The notes under the pieces: generated by a model
The model's input: the letters and a program-made list of their open reading frames with translations, nothing else
Databases searched by the model: none
What the model was told of the DNA's origin: nothing
Translations under genes and position numbers: made by a program
In this document: piece by piece, positions 1 through 12,323 of the stretch
How positions within the stretch are numbered: position 1 is the stretch's first letter
How the letters are laid out: every line of letters begins with the position of its first letter
Source of the DNA: Podarcis liolepis
Lineage: Eukaryota
Length of the DNA: 64,000 bases
Direction: 5' to 3' (one strand)
Assembly: GCA_965112155.1 (NCBI GenBank)
Contig: OZ218109.1

Positions 1-246
1 CGCTCATCTCACTATATTGGCCCAGGGAGCCAGCGTACAGCTTCCGAGTCATGTGGCCAGCATGACTAAGCCGCCGTTTACCTTCCTGCCAGAGCAGTAC
101 CTATTTATCTACTTGCACTTTGACGCACTTTCGAACTGCTAGGTTGGCAGGAGCAGGGACCGAGCAACGGAAGCTTACCCTGTCGCGGGGATTCGAACCG
201 CCGACCTTCTGATCGGCAAGTCCTAGGCTCTGTGGTTTAACCCACA
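1..246 (-). mobile_element. Sauria SINE (Squam1-type), partial, cut by the window edge
   Basis: Reverse complement of the copies at 11953 and 48055: tRNA-like head with B box ggttcgaatcc, aaataggtac body and catgctggccacatgac motif. Confidence 0.9.
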
Positions 247-789
247 TGCCTAAAATACTACCATATATGCACAAATGGATTGCATATTTTCCCTTCTAGC
301 TGCACACCCTTGAACCATATCAACTACTGCTCAAGAAGGCTTCCCCAACCCTTAAGTATAATGTTTTTAAGGGACAGCAGGTGCTGCATTGCAAATCAGG
401 CCTTTTTTTAAAGAAAAGGAAATGTGTGTTTGCATGAAACACCATTCACAGCCCTTTGAATTCTTGCCAAAGGTTTGTTTTTTTAAAAAACCAAAACAGA
501 ACACAATTCAGCCAACCATTAAAAACTTAGGTTTCATTCATTTTAATGGAAAAGATTTGAACATCTCCTTAATGCTCTCTAATTGAAGTTCAAAGTGCTT
601 AAATTTGGCTAGATTGCACTCCTAATTCTGCAACAGAATTACTATGGGGTTTGGGGTTTGTTTTTTGTAAAAGCCATTTTTGGAAATGCTTCAAAGAATT
701 TTTTCAAAATGGCAGATGTAAGCCAGTGAAACAAGTGCAGTATGGTTTCACTTCCTTAAGTGTCAACAAGCACTTTGTCCACTTATAGG

Positions 790-1045
790 TGTTGTTGTTT
801 AAATTTGTATACCACCCTCCATCTGAAGATCCTAGTGCAGTTCACAACATTAAAATACAAAATGAGAATGCAAAATACATAATAAAACAAAAACAAACCA
901 ATAACCCCACTCCCACAAACACATTTAAAAAGCCATAGAATGTTAATCAGCCAAACACCTGGTTGAAGAGAAACGTTTTTGCCTAGCGCCTAAAGACATG
1001 TAATGATGGCACCAGGTGACTTCCCTGAGGAGAGCATTCCACAAA
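790..1045 (-). mobile_element. L2-type LINE 3' end fragment
   Basis: Has the simple-repeat tail plus aaatttgtataccaccc and the gagcattccaca motif typical of reverse-oriented squamate L2 ends. Family assigned from pattern recognition only. Confidence 0.55.
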
Positions 1046-2271
1046 TAATATAAACATATTTGACATATTGATTAAATTAAAACACTGCTTAAATATGAAG
1101 GCCAAATATATTCTAATTTACTTCACACAATCTGGAAAAACACCAAATGTGAATCTTTAATTAAGTTTTTAAAAATATACTCATGAGAAAAATATTGTGC
1201 AGTCCTAGTGTATCAGCTAGTAAGTGGCCATATACAATATAATAAAGTCATAATAGAGAAAAATTATTTTTTCTAGTATTTCCACAGGGTCAAAGGTGTT
1301 GCATGTTCATGTGTGACAAATGAAAGAAAGCTTTATTCAGAAACTTGTACCATGCTGAAAATTATTTGAGGTCCTCATTTCCCTTTGGGAAATTAATAAA
1401 ATTAAACCATGTAGAAGCCATTTTAAACTTAACACCTGATGTTTAAACTTCATCAAAGTTACTGCATTTTACATTAAATGTGAGTTTCTCCAGTTCCATG
1501 GGCGCAACACCCAGAGGAATTCCCACAGGATATCATCAGGCCCCCACCCACGATCTTGTGCTCTAACTGCACAGAGATAGAGGCCTCCTATTTCTTTTAG
1601 CAGCCTGCTGTGCTGACATACTCTCCTTCTCAACCTAGAGTCAGTCTCATTTCTAAGGGAGATGCCAGAAGCCCCACCTTAGGGATTTCCATCATTCCTC
1701 TATCTGCTTTCAAATCTGGGACAGGCAAATGTGTACAAGAAGAATGAAGGACATTCATAGCTTGCACAGTTCCAGCGGCAGCTGTTATTGCAAGTCTAGC
1801 CTCCCAAATGAGTACAGATGGCAGTGGAACTACTGCCCATACTTCTCCTTCCTCCTGCAACTGTCAGGACGGAAAATGGTTGTGCACATGTATACACAAT
1901 CCATTTCCTGATCTTGGTCCCCTTTTATTTCTATTTCTAATGCTGTACTTCTGCAAACCTGAGTTCCCCTGTGGGTTCTGCTGCCTCTCGTGTGGGTGGG
2001 TGGGGTGCCATTTTGATTCTATATGTATCAGCATTCATCCCATAAAATAAAGGGAATGTTTTCCTTAAGCCAAATGAAACCCAGCTGAATCCAAGAGCAA
2101 ATTTAGAAGTGATAGAGACCAACAAAGCGTAATCAGTATAATTCAAAAGGGTGACATTTTCTTATGTAGTTTGAAAACACAATATAAACTTTCACCTAAA
2201 AGATTAGCTCTGGCCAGTTTTCTCAGGTGCTGTTTACACTTAACACACATTTTTATACAAACATATTCAGT

Positions 2272-2949
2272 ACTCCTAGAAGCTGTCAGCATGCGATAGC
2301 GGCTGCACCCCAGGAACAGCTTTGACTGGTCGGTTAAACCAGGTGAAGCTAGCTTATGGGTTTCAAACCCTTGCTGAGTTACGGACTTCCCCTGCCTGCA
2401 AAGACAGGCTCTGGCGGATTGAGCGGATGAGACCAATAGCAGGTCCCACAGTCAAGAAAGCGGTTTCTGCATGAGCTGTAGAGGGAAGTGAGGGGCAGAT
2501 GGGGCTTCTCAACCTGGGAGGGTAGCCCATCAAAAAGAAGGGAAATTCTGGTCCTAAACATCCGCTGCCTTGCAGAACATCATTGGGAGAAGAAAAGGCT
2601 CAGGAGTAAACCCTACACCAATCCGAAGGAGAATCCCTAAGACGGTTCAATGGCACCTTGTACGCTTCCTTCCAGCAACTCCTACAGCCAAGCTGGTGCC
2701 AAACATAGTCCAAAGGAAAGCAGAGCAATACATCAGCGAGGCTGTCGTTTGGGCAGCTCAAGACCTCAATACATACTGCTCAGGCTTGCGCCTCAGGGAG
2801 GTCACTTCTGTGATGCTAACGCAGCAAACATAACACAGGAGGCAGCAGTTATGAGTTACCAACACAGCAGGTGCTGTGCTTCTCCAGCAGTTTGACTTTG
2901 CTCCTGGAGATGCACTCCATTGTGTCTCAAGACAGACCGATGCCAACAA
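2272..2949 (+). mobile_element. Non-autonomous RTE-derived element (5' UTR-like part joined to an RTE-like 3' terminus)
   Basis: Extensive similarity to the inverted copy at 14765-15335. No ORF. Ends in cactccattgtgtctcaagacagaccgatgccaacaa, resembling RTE 3' ends. Confidence 0.6.
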
Positions 2950-3762
2950 GTATTTGAAGACGCTGTACATTATACATTGCTTAGAATCAGGGTAGCTGAA
3001 CAAATGCATGTTCCTACATCAAACCTCCCATGTGTAGGTCAGCAAATGACGCTTTTAGGTGCCCTTGACATATGTGGTGAGGCTAATGGGAAACCAGAGG
3101 CCTTTTAAAGCAAGGATGCCACGTCTCCTCTGACAGGCTCACCTTTGGAGCCAGGAAAAAGTCTCCATGTTCTCCCAGAACTGTTAAAGACTGCTTTAAT
3201 CTGCTGCATTTAATTGCTGACATTATTTTTATTGCCTGTCTTACTCTAGTTTCGTATTGCATTTTGTTTTTATTCTGAGTGTCTATCTTTCTTAAAAAAA
3301 GTTGTGGACCATCTGACGTCAAACAGGCAAGCCATTGTTTATTCTAGGTGTCTTGTGAGGTAAGCAGCTTCAGTTGTGACTAATTATAAACCAACTTCTA
3401 TTTTATAATTGGTTTAAAAAGCTAATAAATTGTGGCAAAATTCCATGAAGCCTCAGAAGTGACAAATTAAAGCTTAGCATTCCAGAACAGGGGGCGGGAT
3501 GGGGGCGGCGCTTACTGACTGAAACCTAGCTGAAACCTAGAAAGTGCCTTTCTAATTACAATTCATCTTTCTCAGACACTTTTCTAGGACGTTTTAAGAA
3601 TCTGACCATTTCATTAGATTATTTCCCCTCATATGCCTTGAGAAATTAAATGGCTTCTTAGGGCAACCTGCTCTGCCTTGAGAAAGAAGACCACAAAGGA
3701 AGACCACAGGCTCTTATTTGGGGTATTCTACACCAGCATCTTCACTATTCCCAAATGAGGTA

Positions 3763-4022
3763 CAGTGGACACTCGGGTTGTGAACGTGATCCATGTGGGA
3801 TACACGTTCGCAACTGACAGCTTTCACAACCCACAGCAGCACGTCTGCGCATGCGCAGGTTGCAATTCGGCACTTCTGCACATGCACAAAGCACAATTTA
3901 GCGCTTCTGTGCATGTGCGACCGTCGAAACCCAGAAGTAACCCATTCCAGTACTTACGGGTTTCGGCTGTCCGTAACCCGAAAAAACACAACCCGAAGCA
4001 TCTGTAACCTAAGGTATGACTG
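3763..4022. mobile_element. Tc1/mariner (Tigger-like) MITE
   Basis: TA|CAGT...ACTG|TA termini and internal gcgcatgcgc palindromes. Related to the copy at 47034. Confidence 0.8.
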
Positions 4023-6738
4023 TATTGCATTTTCTCATCCATATTCCACCTTTTTCAGGAGAAAAAGCCAACAAGCAAATATTGCAATTAACATGTATAG
4101 TTATTTTATTTGATGCAACAGCTGGCTGGGGTGGAGGGTGGGATAAAGATGGGGACCTCAGCATGCCAAAAAGAGTGGTTGACCTTCTTGCCCAACAACT
4201 CCTCCACCTAAGGCTGTCATTGGTGTCAAGAACAGGCTCCCCACTGGGACAAGCATCAGCTTCAGGGACATCATTTTTGTCAGGACCATGATGGGGGAAG
4301 CATTAACTCCTCTCCCCGTGTGCCATGGTCCCGATCCCAATTACTCCCATCCTAAACAGTTCTTTAAAATAAAGGAACAAGATTCATCCAATGAAAGCAC
4401 ACAACACGCAACTTGCCCAGCTTCAAGATGCAATTCCAGAACAGAACTTGTATCCCTGGTTAAAAGTCTCTACCAAACATGCTCGTAGTGGTTATAGTTC
4501 AGTATATTTTAATTCTTGCATTATGGAATGTGATCCAGTAGTTTGCCCTTCATACTATGCTAATAACTGCCACAGTGCTGAGCTACCCCATAAGCCCAAA
4601 TATCTTTGCTTGATTCTATTTTTCTCTCTCTATGGTGTCAAATACCAAACACTACTTTTGATTTTTTTTATTTATTTTTTTGCTGCTGCTGCTGCTAATA
4701 TACTATAGAATATTAAAAGAGAAATCATCAGCTGTATGTAGAACTAAAGAAAATAGTGCCATTTTATTAAACCATTACCAAGGTACTTGTGAAACAGTGG
4801 AGTGTTTGAGAGTCTCTGAATTGGCTATTATCTCTCCAGAAACATTTTTTAACCAATTGGTAGGGAGAAATGCAAAGAACATGCAACTGTGTAAGTGCAT
4901 TCACATTTGAATACTGGAATCCCATCTACATAAATTATAGAACTGTCATCCAGCAAGAGATTCTAAAACTTAGGAATTTTCAGTTACAAAAGGAAGGTCA
5001 GTGTTGGAACTTGCTGCTTTGACATGAGGAATGCTAGGTCTTTCTTTCTAAAAGGACAAGGCCATGAAGAGAGAAAATTCTGGTGATTAAGATAGTCAGG
5101 TGACTGCATTACAGACTAGTTTGATGAACACTTATGAAAAAGTGGGGGAAATAGTACCCAATGTTTTAATCTATTTTCTTTACACCACTTGAGAGAAAAG
5201 TATCTGAATCTTACCCTTGGGTATCATTAGGAAACACTCATATAGGTATAATTTCCAGTTATACTTCTGCTTATATTACAGATTTGTTCAAACAACATGG
5301 TGTTGGAAACAGAAAGCTAACTCCACAGCCATGAAATCTAGAAACACATTTTGTGAACAGAAACATAAATTTAAGCCTACCACCTACATAAGAAAACTTC
5401 AAATGATAGGAGCTCCATATGACCTAAAGCACCAAAGGAAAAAAATCTCTGAATGTTCCTTTTATATGTAAGTCACAGAACTTGCATAGAAACAATATCC
5501 TCAGGTGAGAGATTTGAACACATTTTGATATACAAAACAATGCCCAAATGCCAATATTTCTTCTGATTCTCTTGCAAAGATTTTATTTTTAAAAAATCTG
5601 GAAGCAAAACATTATTTTAGATATCATCTTTGCCTAAAGACCACTGGGTTATGGAGACAGTACTATACATTTCTTTTAGCAAAGAGGGGGTGGGTACGAT
5701 AACCAAAATGATACTTAGCCTACTGGATAAAATGTCTGCCAAAGGAGAAGATGTGTTACGGAGTCACATAAGTAGACTAAGGACAGGAACTCTACAGCAT
5801 CAAAAATAATCTGTGAGTTGTATCCAGTGTTAGTCATAAGTACAGTAGACCAATTCACATTGATTTCAGTGGGTCTACTCTTAACAGAAATCAGTTGGAA
5901 AACTGCCAATGATTTTTGGGGTTGAGACCATACTTCCTACTCTCCTTCCTTTCTTTTTGCTGTAGAGGTGTCTAGAACACCCATCTGGTTATTTTTGTGT
6001 GAGATCAGTTTGAGTTATTGAAGCCTGAGAATGTGGGCAGGAAGGTTGCAAGGGTCAAGCCAAAAACATGTTATCTTGTCCCTTGCCCAACATGGCCTGT
6101 GAGATCTAGTCAGCAGGGACTGACTGGGTGGGTTCACAAGGCAGTTAATGCCTATGGAGACAGTGGTGTCTGCTGCCTCCTCCCTCGGATGGATTTACTG
6201 CCCAACACTTACTCTTTCTCTGATACTGCATAATTGAACCAGCTAATTACTTGGAAATATTGTTTCATGTATTTCAACTGATGCAATTGTGGTATGCTGT
6301 ACCATACATGTACTGTACTATATATATATGGTACTCCAGGGTTTGTTAAACCAGAATTTCCTCTAACATCCAAACCATGATACTTACTGGAAAACGATAG
6401 TTTAAACTCTGATTACAAATGAGAATATGAAACATTTAAAATAATTGAGGTTATTCTACTATATTTATTTATTTATGTAAGCAGCAGAGTACTTTAGCGG
6501 AACAGTAATATAGAATCAATGATATCCCGTTTTTTAGAAAATATGTACATTTCAAAAATCAAGTTTGTTATATTACAAATACCTAATAGCACAGCTGTTT
6601 GATCAGAAGGATTGCTAGTCATCAATAGGGGGTTCTCTGTGATAAGCAATTTAGCAACAGCAGAATTCCTCACTCCATAAAACATACACCAAGAATATAA
6701 ATGTCATTCTAAAGAAGATGTAGGAAAAGCTCACTTAC

Positions 6739-6834
6739 TTTCTCTGTAGTTACTGTTAGAGAAGGAACCAGAGACGGTGAGGATTCTGATTGCTTCTTGT
6801 GTTTTTGTTTATGTTTATCCTTTTCTTTATATTT
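6739..6834 (-). CDS. MLLT10: MLLT10 coding exon (96 nt): KYKEKDKHKQKHKKQSESSPSLVPSLTVTTEK
   Basis: gctttgttag|AAA...AAA|gtaagt. Phase 0-0. Basic segment of AF10. The next exon was not found in 1-6738, so the gene runs off the window. Confidence 0.95.
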
Positions 6835-7217
6835 CTAACAAAGCATGAAAGCAAAATAAAATGCAACATCAGGTTTATGCAAAATGATTTTTTTGTCATT
6901 TAAATTGCGTTAATATGAGCTGGTACTAAAAATTAATAAAGGGCTGTATCCAACAGAAGTCATCTCATTCACATAAAGACTTCTGCAATGGAACCTGACC
7001 TCCCTTCTCCTCCTTGTTCCCAGCATACACACACATAGACACAACCAAACAATTGCTCTGGAGAGTTGTGGGGAAACTCCAGAAGATATCTGGGCTGGGG
7101 GAGGAGAGGGGGGAAGTTCTTGCACCAACAAGACAACTCTGTTGGATACAGCCCTCAGTGTTTCTGATGTATAAGAAACTACTAATGTTTTATTGTAGTG
7201 TAATAAATGCAAAGTAA

Positions 7218-7328
7218 CAGTGGCGTAGCGTGGGTTGTCAGCACCCAGGGCAAGGCAAGTAATTTGCGCCCCCTAACCCGTGGATTTGCGCCCCTAACCC
7301 CCCCTGCACCCCCCACGCTACGCCACTG
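7218..7328. mobile_element. hAT-type MITE (111 bp)
   Basis: Perfect 17-bp TIRs cagtggcgtagcgtggg / cccacgctacgccactg. 8-bp TSD caaagtaa / caaagtag with 1 mismatch. Confidence 0.9.
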
Positions 7329-8223
7329 CAAAGTAGTATTGTTAATAAAGAAGGTATAAAAAAATTAATGTTGTCCATTTCTCCTAAAAACATGATTTTA
7401 CATCACATCATAAAACAGATATCCACACATCTTTTGCTTGGCTTGCTAGCCATCTTTCATTTGTGGTTGCCACCATCCACCCAGCTCCAACTTCTCTAGC
7501 ATGTTCAGAGCACTTAGGAGAGGGTCAATAGTTTATTCTACCTCCTGCAGGTCTTCAGAGAATGCAAGCAGCAGCATGGATATTACTTCTTCCCCAATGC
7601 TTGTGGTTAGGAAGTGGGGAAGTGGGATGTGTCTGTTTTCTTTCACTATGATTTTACAGAGGGAAACGAAACAAAACACCCTCTCCTTCTTCATATTTGC
7701 AGAGAATCCACTTGCCAGAGGGATGGGACTTGTCACTGGCAAAATGAGCATTTTGGCATAATCTGCCCTTTTAAATTTTGCATTTATATACTTTCTGAGC
7801 AATTTTTGCTGGAAAGGCAATAAATTATATCATTCAATAAAGTATCTGAAAAACATGGACATAGGAATGCAATCTTTTTTTAAGGTTCTGGATGAAATCC
7901 TTCTAAAAAAAAATATTTGCTGTTGAAATGTACAAGTTTAATAATCAAAATATCATTCGACCAATAAGAGTGACCACAAAACTTCAGCAGCTATTACAAC
8001 CAAAATAAAAAACCAACAATATATATGCACATATAAACTATATTTGTTCCAACAATTTTCGTTTGGAGTTTTAATCACTTCTGTGCCTCTCCCTCACTTC
8101 CGAGCCAATCTCCACTGCAGATGGCATGCAGCAGCCACCTAGGAGTGAAATAAATCCTGAGTTTTCCCACTTTTTCTTTCCCTCCCTTAGAAGAGCACAG
8201 CTTGTGCAAAAGAGCCAAGGAAG

Positions 8224-8477
8224 GAAGAAGAAGAAGAAGAGTTTGGATTTGATATCCCGCCTTTCACTCCCTTTAAGGAGTCTCAAAGCGGCTAACATTC
8301 TCCTTTCCCTTCCTCCCCCACAACAAACACTCTGTGAGGTGAGTGGGGCTGAGAGACCTCAAGGAAGTGTGACTGGCCCAAGGTCACCCAGCAGCTGCAT
8401 GTGGAGGAGCGGAGATGCGAACCCGGTTCCCCAGATTACAAGACTACCGCTCTCAACCACTACACCACACTGGCTCT
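8224..8477 (-). mobile_element. tRNA-derived CORE/MIR-like squamate SINE with (TTC)n tail
   Basis: Reverse strand reads agagccagtgtggtgtagtggtt (A box) ... ccgggttcgcatct (B box) ... gggtgaccttgggccagtcac (CORE-like), ending in a simple-repeat tail. Confidence 0.8.
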
Positions 8478-10717
8478 GGAGGGGGTGTCAGTCATTACTT
8501 GTTTTCCCACCTGGGCAAAAGTGAGTGAGAAGTGGGTGAAGAAGGCATCACAGCTCTTCCATCCTCAGCTCTTCTTGTCTGGAGGTCAGGGGCACCAAGC
8601 AGAAGGTGAAGCAGCAGCCCCAAGCAAGAGATGAGAAGATAACCCTGTCTCTGCTATTCCAGCAGCAACCAAACCACTCTGTCCCTTTATATCATTGCAA
8701 ATGGTTCTTCCTTCCTTGGAAGCAATTCAATGAGCCACAAGAGGGATGCCAGCACTATTAGCTGCAGAAAACACCCTCACTTGCTACTCTGCACTCTGTC
8801 GCCCTACCAGATAGCCATCACCAGTAAACAGTGTAATAGCGGATGTATTGGAGGAAATAGAAATAGGTAGCTTTATATAGAGAAAATTCTGAGTAGACAT
8901 GTATAGGATTGTACTGTTATATTGTTTGAAATCATTATTTTATTTAAAACTGAGGGAAAGATTTACTTTCCCTTCTCTCTCCAAAAAACACATTACCAAC
9001 TACCATTTGGACATTAAAAAGTCATAGTAACTAATTAAAAATAAAGGTATTTATTCTGCAAGCTCAGAGGAGTAAGATATGATATATCTTTACTACATGC
9101 AGAAGAGTTGTGCCGACTGTGGAAACATTTATTGATAGAATTCAGTATCTGAACCAAATCCTGAACTGGATGCACTTTAATATAACCAGAAGAACTAGCT
9201 ATGAAAGTAGGTTATGCAGTGGGCAATGATAATTCTATAAAAGATCTATATTCAAAATAATATTTGGCAGATTGACTTTCTTTCTGCTGAGAAAATAGTA
9301 CCTAAAGTACTACTAAAAATGGCACAAATGTCTAGCTGAATGCTGAGGTACAAAGTATATAATGGACTGTAAACCTGCTTTCCTGATAAGGACAATAAAA
9401 ACAATAAACAAATCAACATCAAGGGAATAATGCATGTTATAATATAAACACAATAACCCAAGATTACAACTACCCAATCTTAAAAACTGAACATTACACA
9501 AGAATATGTTTTAAACATGGATGAATGAATTTTCACATTTATTTACAAATTCTGCAATAACATTTGTAAAGACATGAAAACAACCTGGCATGGTCTATAT
9601 GAATCATTTAGTTTATGTAAAAGTGAAGTAAATACTCCTAATGCTGTATGCATTTGGCTGGCATGATATATCTCCATAGCTTATTCATCTCAAATTTAGA
9701 GAGGTGGGGAAGTGCCTTAGATTGGCTTCCTGCAAAATTACAGATCAAAAGTAAATACTTTCAAAAAAGCTCCCAGTAAACTAGAGGACAGGCACAAGAG
9801 GTAGACACATTGAGCTGCTTCATGTGTAATGCCAAATCACATATTGGCAGTACATGAATGAGCTCTGTACTCAGGTACTCTGCTTCTTTGTTTGATCAAA
9901 CCATAGTTTGCCATTACATCCAAACTGGCAAGCTAGGACTGCAATCCTAACTGAAGTGGAATACACAATGGAGGATGGACAGAGAGGGGAAGTGGATGGG
10001 CACAGGGCTTCTTCCCATAGCTCCAAAGCATGGGAAGAACTCATATGGGTGTAATTTCCAGCTGTTGGTGTTACATGTGAACCAAACCATATATGGAAGA
10101 CAGAAGGCAATCCGTTAATATTAACAGATTTGTTTTGCTCCGTCAACATATAAATGATAAACTAAGAATTAGATATCAATATCAGCTTCAGCGCTCAAGA
10201 ATTCAAATTCCATCAGCATTAATTTAAGAAACACTAGTGGGAGAAATCTATTCATCAACTCAAAACAATTTATGGTTGTCCATATTATGCTTGATGTATA
10301 AACCACTATCTCAACAGATCCTACCAATTTCAGCAATTCATATAGAAACTGTATTTGAAGATGCTGAGCACTCTTTCGGAACTAAAGAGAAAAGGCTATT
10401 AGAGACTTCTACTGACACTTTAGAATTAAAGAATGCCAGTTTTTAAGATGGGAAAGAATTAGTGCAGGTAAACACAATCTATATGTGAGAGTGCCAAACA
10501 TTTGCAATTGCAATAATATACGACAAAAAGAATAATTATGTTAACACTTTCCATATACTCTTTTGCACAAACCTTAAGTATCAGAAGATAAATTCCATCC
10601 CCAAAGTAACTAGAGAATCACATTTCCACAATCCTAATTGAAAGGAGATTTCAGTCTCCAGCATTATTCTTAAATATATATAGAACAGTAACTCTAAATA
10701 TGGCAGTTGTAGATGTT

Positions 10718-10836
10718 CAGGGCTGAGATATAGTGACTATTCCAAGGTCACCATATAAGCTTCATAGCTGAATGTGGGTTTACACTTGGTCTCCTCCGTG
10801 CCAGCTCTGCAGCACTCTAAGCACTACAGCACCCTG
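10718..10836 (-). mobile_element. Older, degraded CORE/MIR-like SINE fragment
   Basis: gggctgaga...gtgact..ccaaggtcacc...cactacagcaccctg is collinear with the copy at 8345-8477. Confidence 0.55.
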
Positions 10837-11026
10837 TCATGCACACCTAGCTACACTTGATTTTAAAAAGTGTAGACACAGACACACAGTAATCACTTCC
10901 CATATCTTGAAGCTACTCCATGATAAAAAACGTTATGTGCTAATTATCCAACATACAGTTGTACAAGTTCATAGGAGAAATTAAAATAGGATTTTCTTTC
11001 TCTCAAATACAGAGAATTGTTGCAGG

Positions 11027-11138
11027 CAGTGCTATTTTTCTAGAAAAAGAGGTGCCGGAACTCACCATAAATGCCTCCCCCATTCTCTTATAATGGCAGT
11101 AGTGCCCACCTGAGAGTTTCAGTTGAAAAAAAGCCCTG
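11027..11138. mobile_element. hAT-type MITE (112 bp)
   Basis: Imperfect TIRs cagtgctatttttc / gaaaaaaagccctg. Perfect 8-bp TSD gttgcagg at 11019-11026 and 11139-11146. Confidence 0.88.
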
Positions 11139-11952
11139 GTTGCAGGTTTGGTTCAGACATTATTCTGATTGAGTATCAAACCATGTTTCAGTGATTAGAA
11201 CACATCCTAGTTTTGTGTGCTCCTCATTATCGCTTCTCCCTGCCCATGCATATTTTCCCTCCCTTTGTGGCAATTTAACCAGAAGAATTTCAAGGCTAAA
11301 GAAGCAATCAAAGGAGACCTATAATTTATGAGTTTCTCTAGCTTTCTCTACCCAACATCTTATATCAGGATGTTGTAACTGGTATATAGTTACTACTGAC
11401 CACCACTGATTCTCAAACTAAACTATGGAAACTAGGCGTATATCCCGGTTTAATTTAGCATTGTTTTATTGTTTGAGAGCAAACTTTTGTTAGCAGTAGC
11501 TGTGGTTATGCTGGTTCAGATACCCCAATGAATCACAGTCATTGCTAAACAGCGAAAGGCAGTGAAAGAAGTAAATGAGTCCAAAGGGGAACAGGGAGTG
11601 GGGCGTGCAAGCCTGCAGAGCATTCCCAACCGCCGAAGCACAATTTGGTAAATACAGTAACAGGATATCTGAATGCCACAGTCTAGGCAAATGTTGCAAA
11701 CTGTGATTTGAGGAGCCAAAACACTTAACTGTGTTGCTACATCCAATGTAACAACCAAGTTACATAACAGCCAATAGTAGTAGAAATAATAAATAATGGT
11801 TTTCTAGACATATATTCCAGAGGACTGGCTATGTTACTCGGTTTTAGCAAAAGCAATTTCTGCCAGTACACTTTTTTGTAGTACTGTATACTTTCTGTGA
11901 CTAGACTTCATCTTGTGCAGATTATATTGCAGTGATGTAACCTCAAAGTTAA

Positions 11953-12323
11953 GGGATGCGGGTGGCACTGTGGTCTAAACCACTGAGACTTGGGCTTGCT
12001 TATCAAAAGGTCGGCGGTTCAAATCCCCGCAATGGGGTGAGCTCCTGTTGCTCAGTCCCAGCTCCTGCCAACCTAGCAGTTCGAAAGCACGCCAAAAAAT
12101 GCAAGTATATTAATAGGTACTGCTCCGGCGGGAAGGTAAACGGCATTTCCATGCGCTGCTCCGGTTTCACCAGAAGTGGCTTAGTCATGCTGGCCACATG
12201 ACCTGGAAAAACTGTCTGCAAAAGTGGACAAACACCGGCTCCCTCGGCCTGTAAAGCGAGATGAGCGCCGTAACTCGAGAGTCGTTCGCGACTGGACTTA
12301 ACTGTCAGGGGTCCCTTTACCTT
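11953..12323 (+). mobile_element. Full-length Sauria SINE
   Basis: gggatgcgggtggc head, B box and (accttt)n tail. 13-bp TSD taacctcaaagtt at 11938-11950 and 12324-12336. Confidence 0.95.

Noticed and set aside
11953-12030. tRNA-like A/B boxes (also at about 190, 8420, 32020 and 48115) as tRNA genes
   Set aside because: They are SINE heads followed by SINE bodies and tails. No cloverleaf structure.
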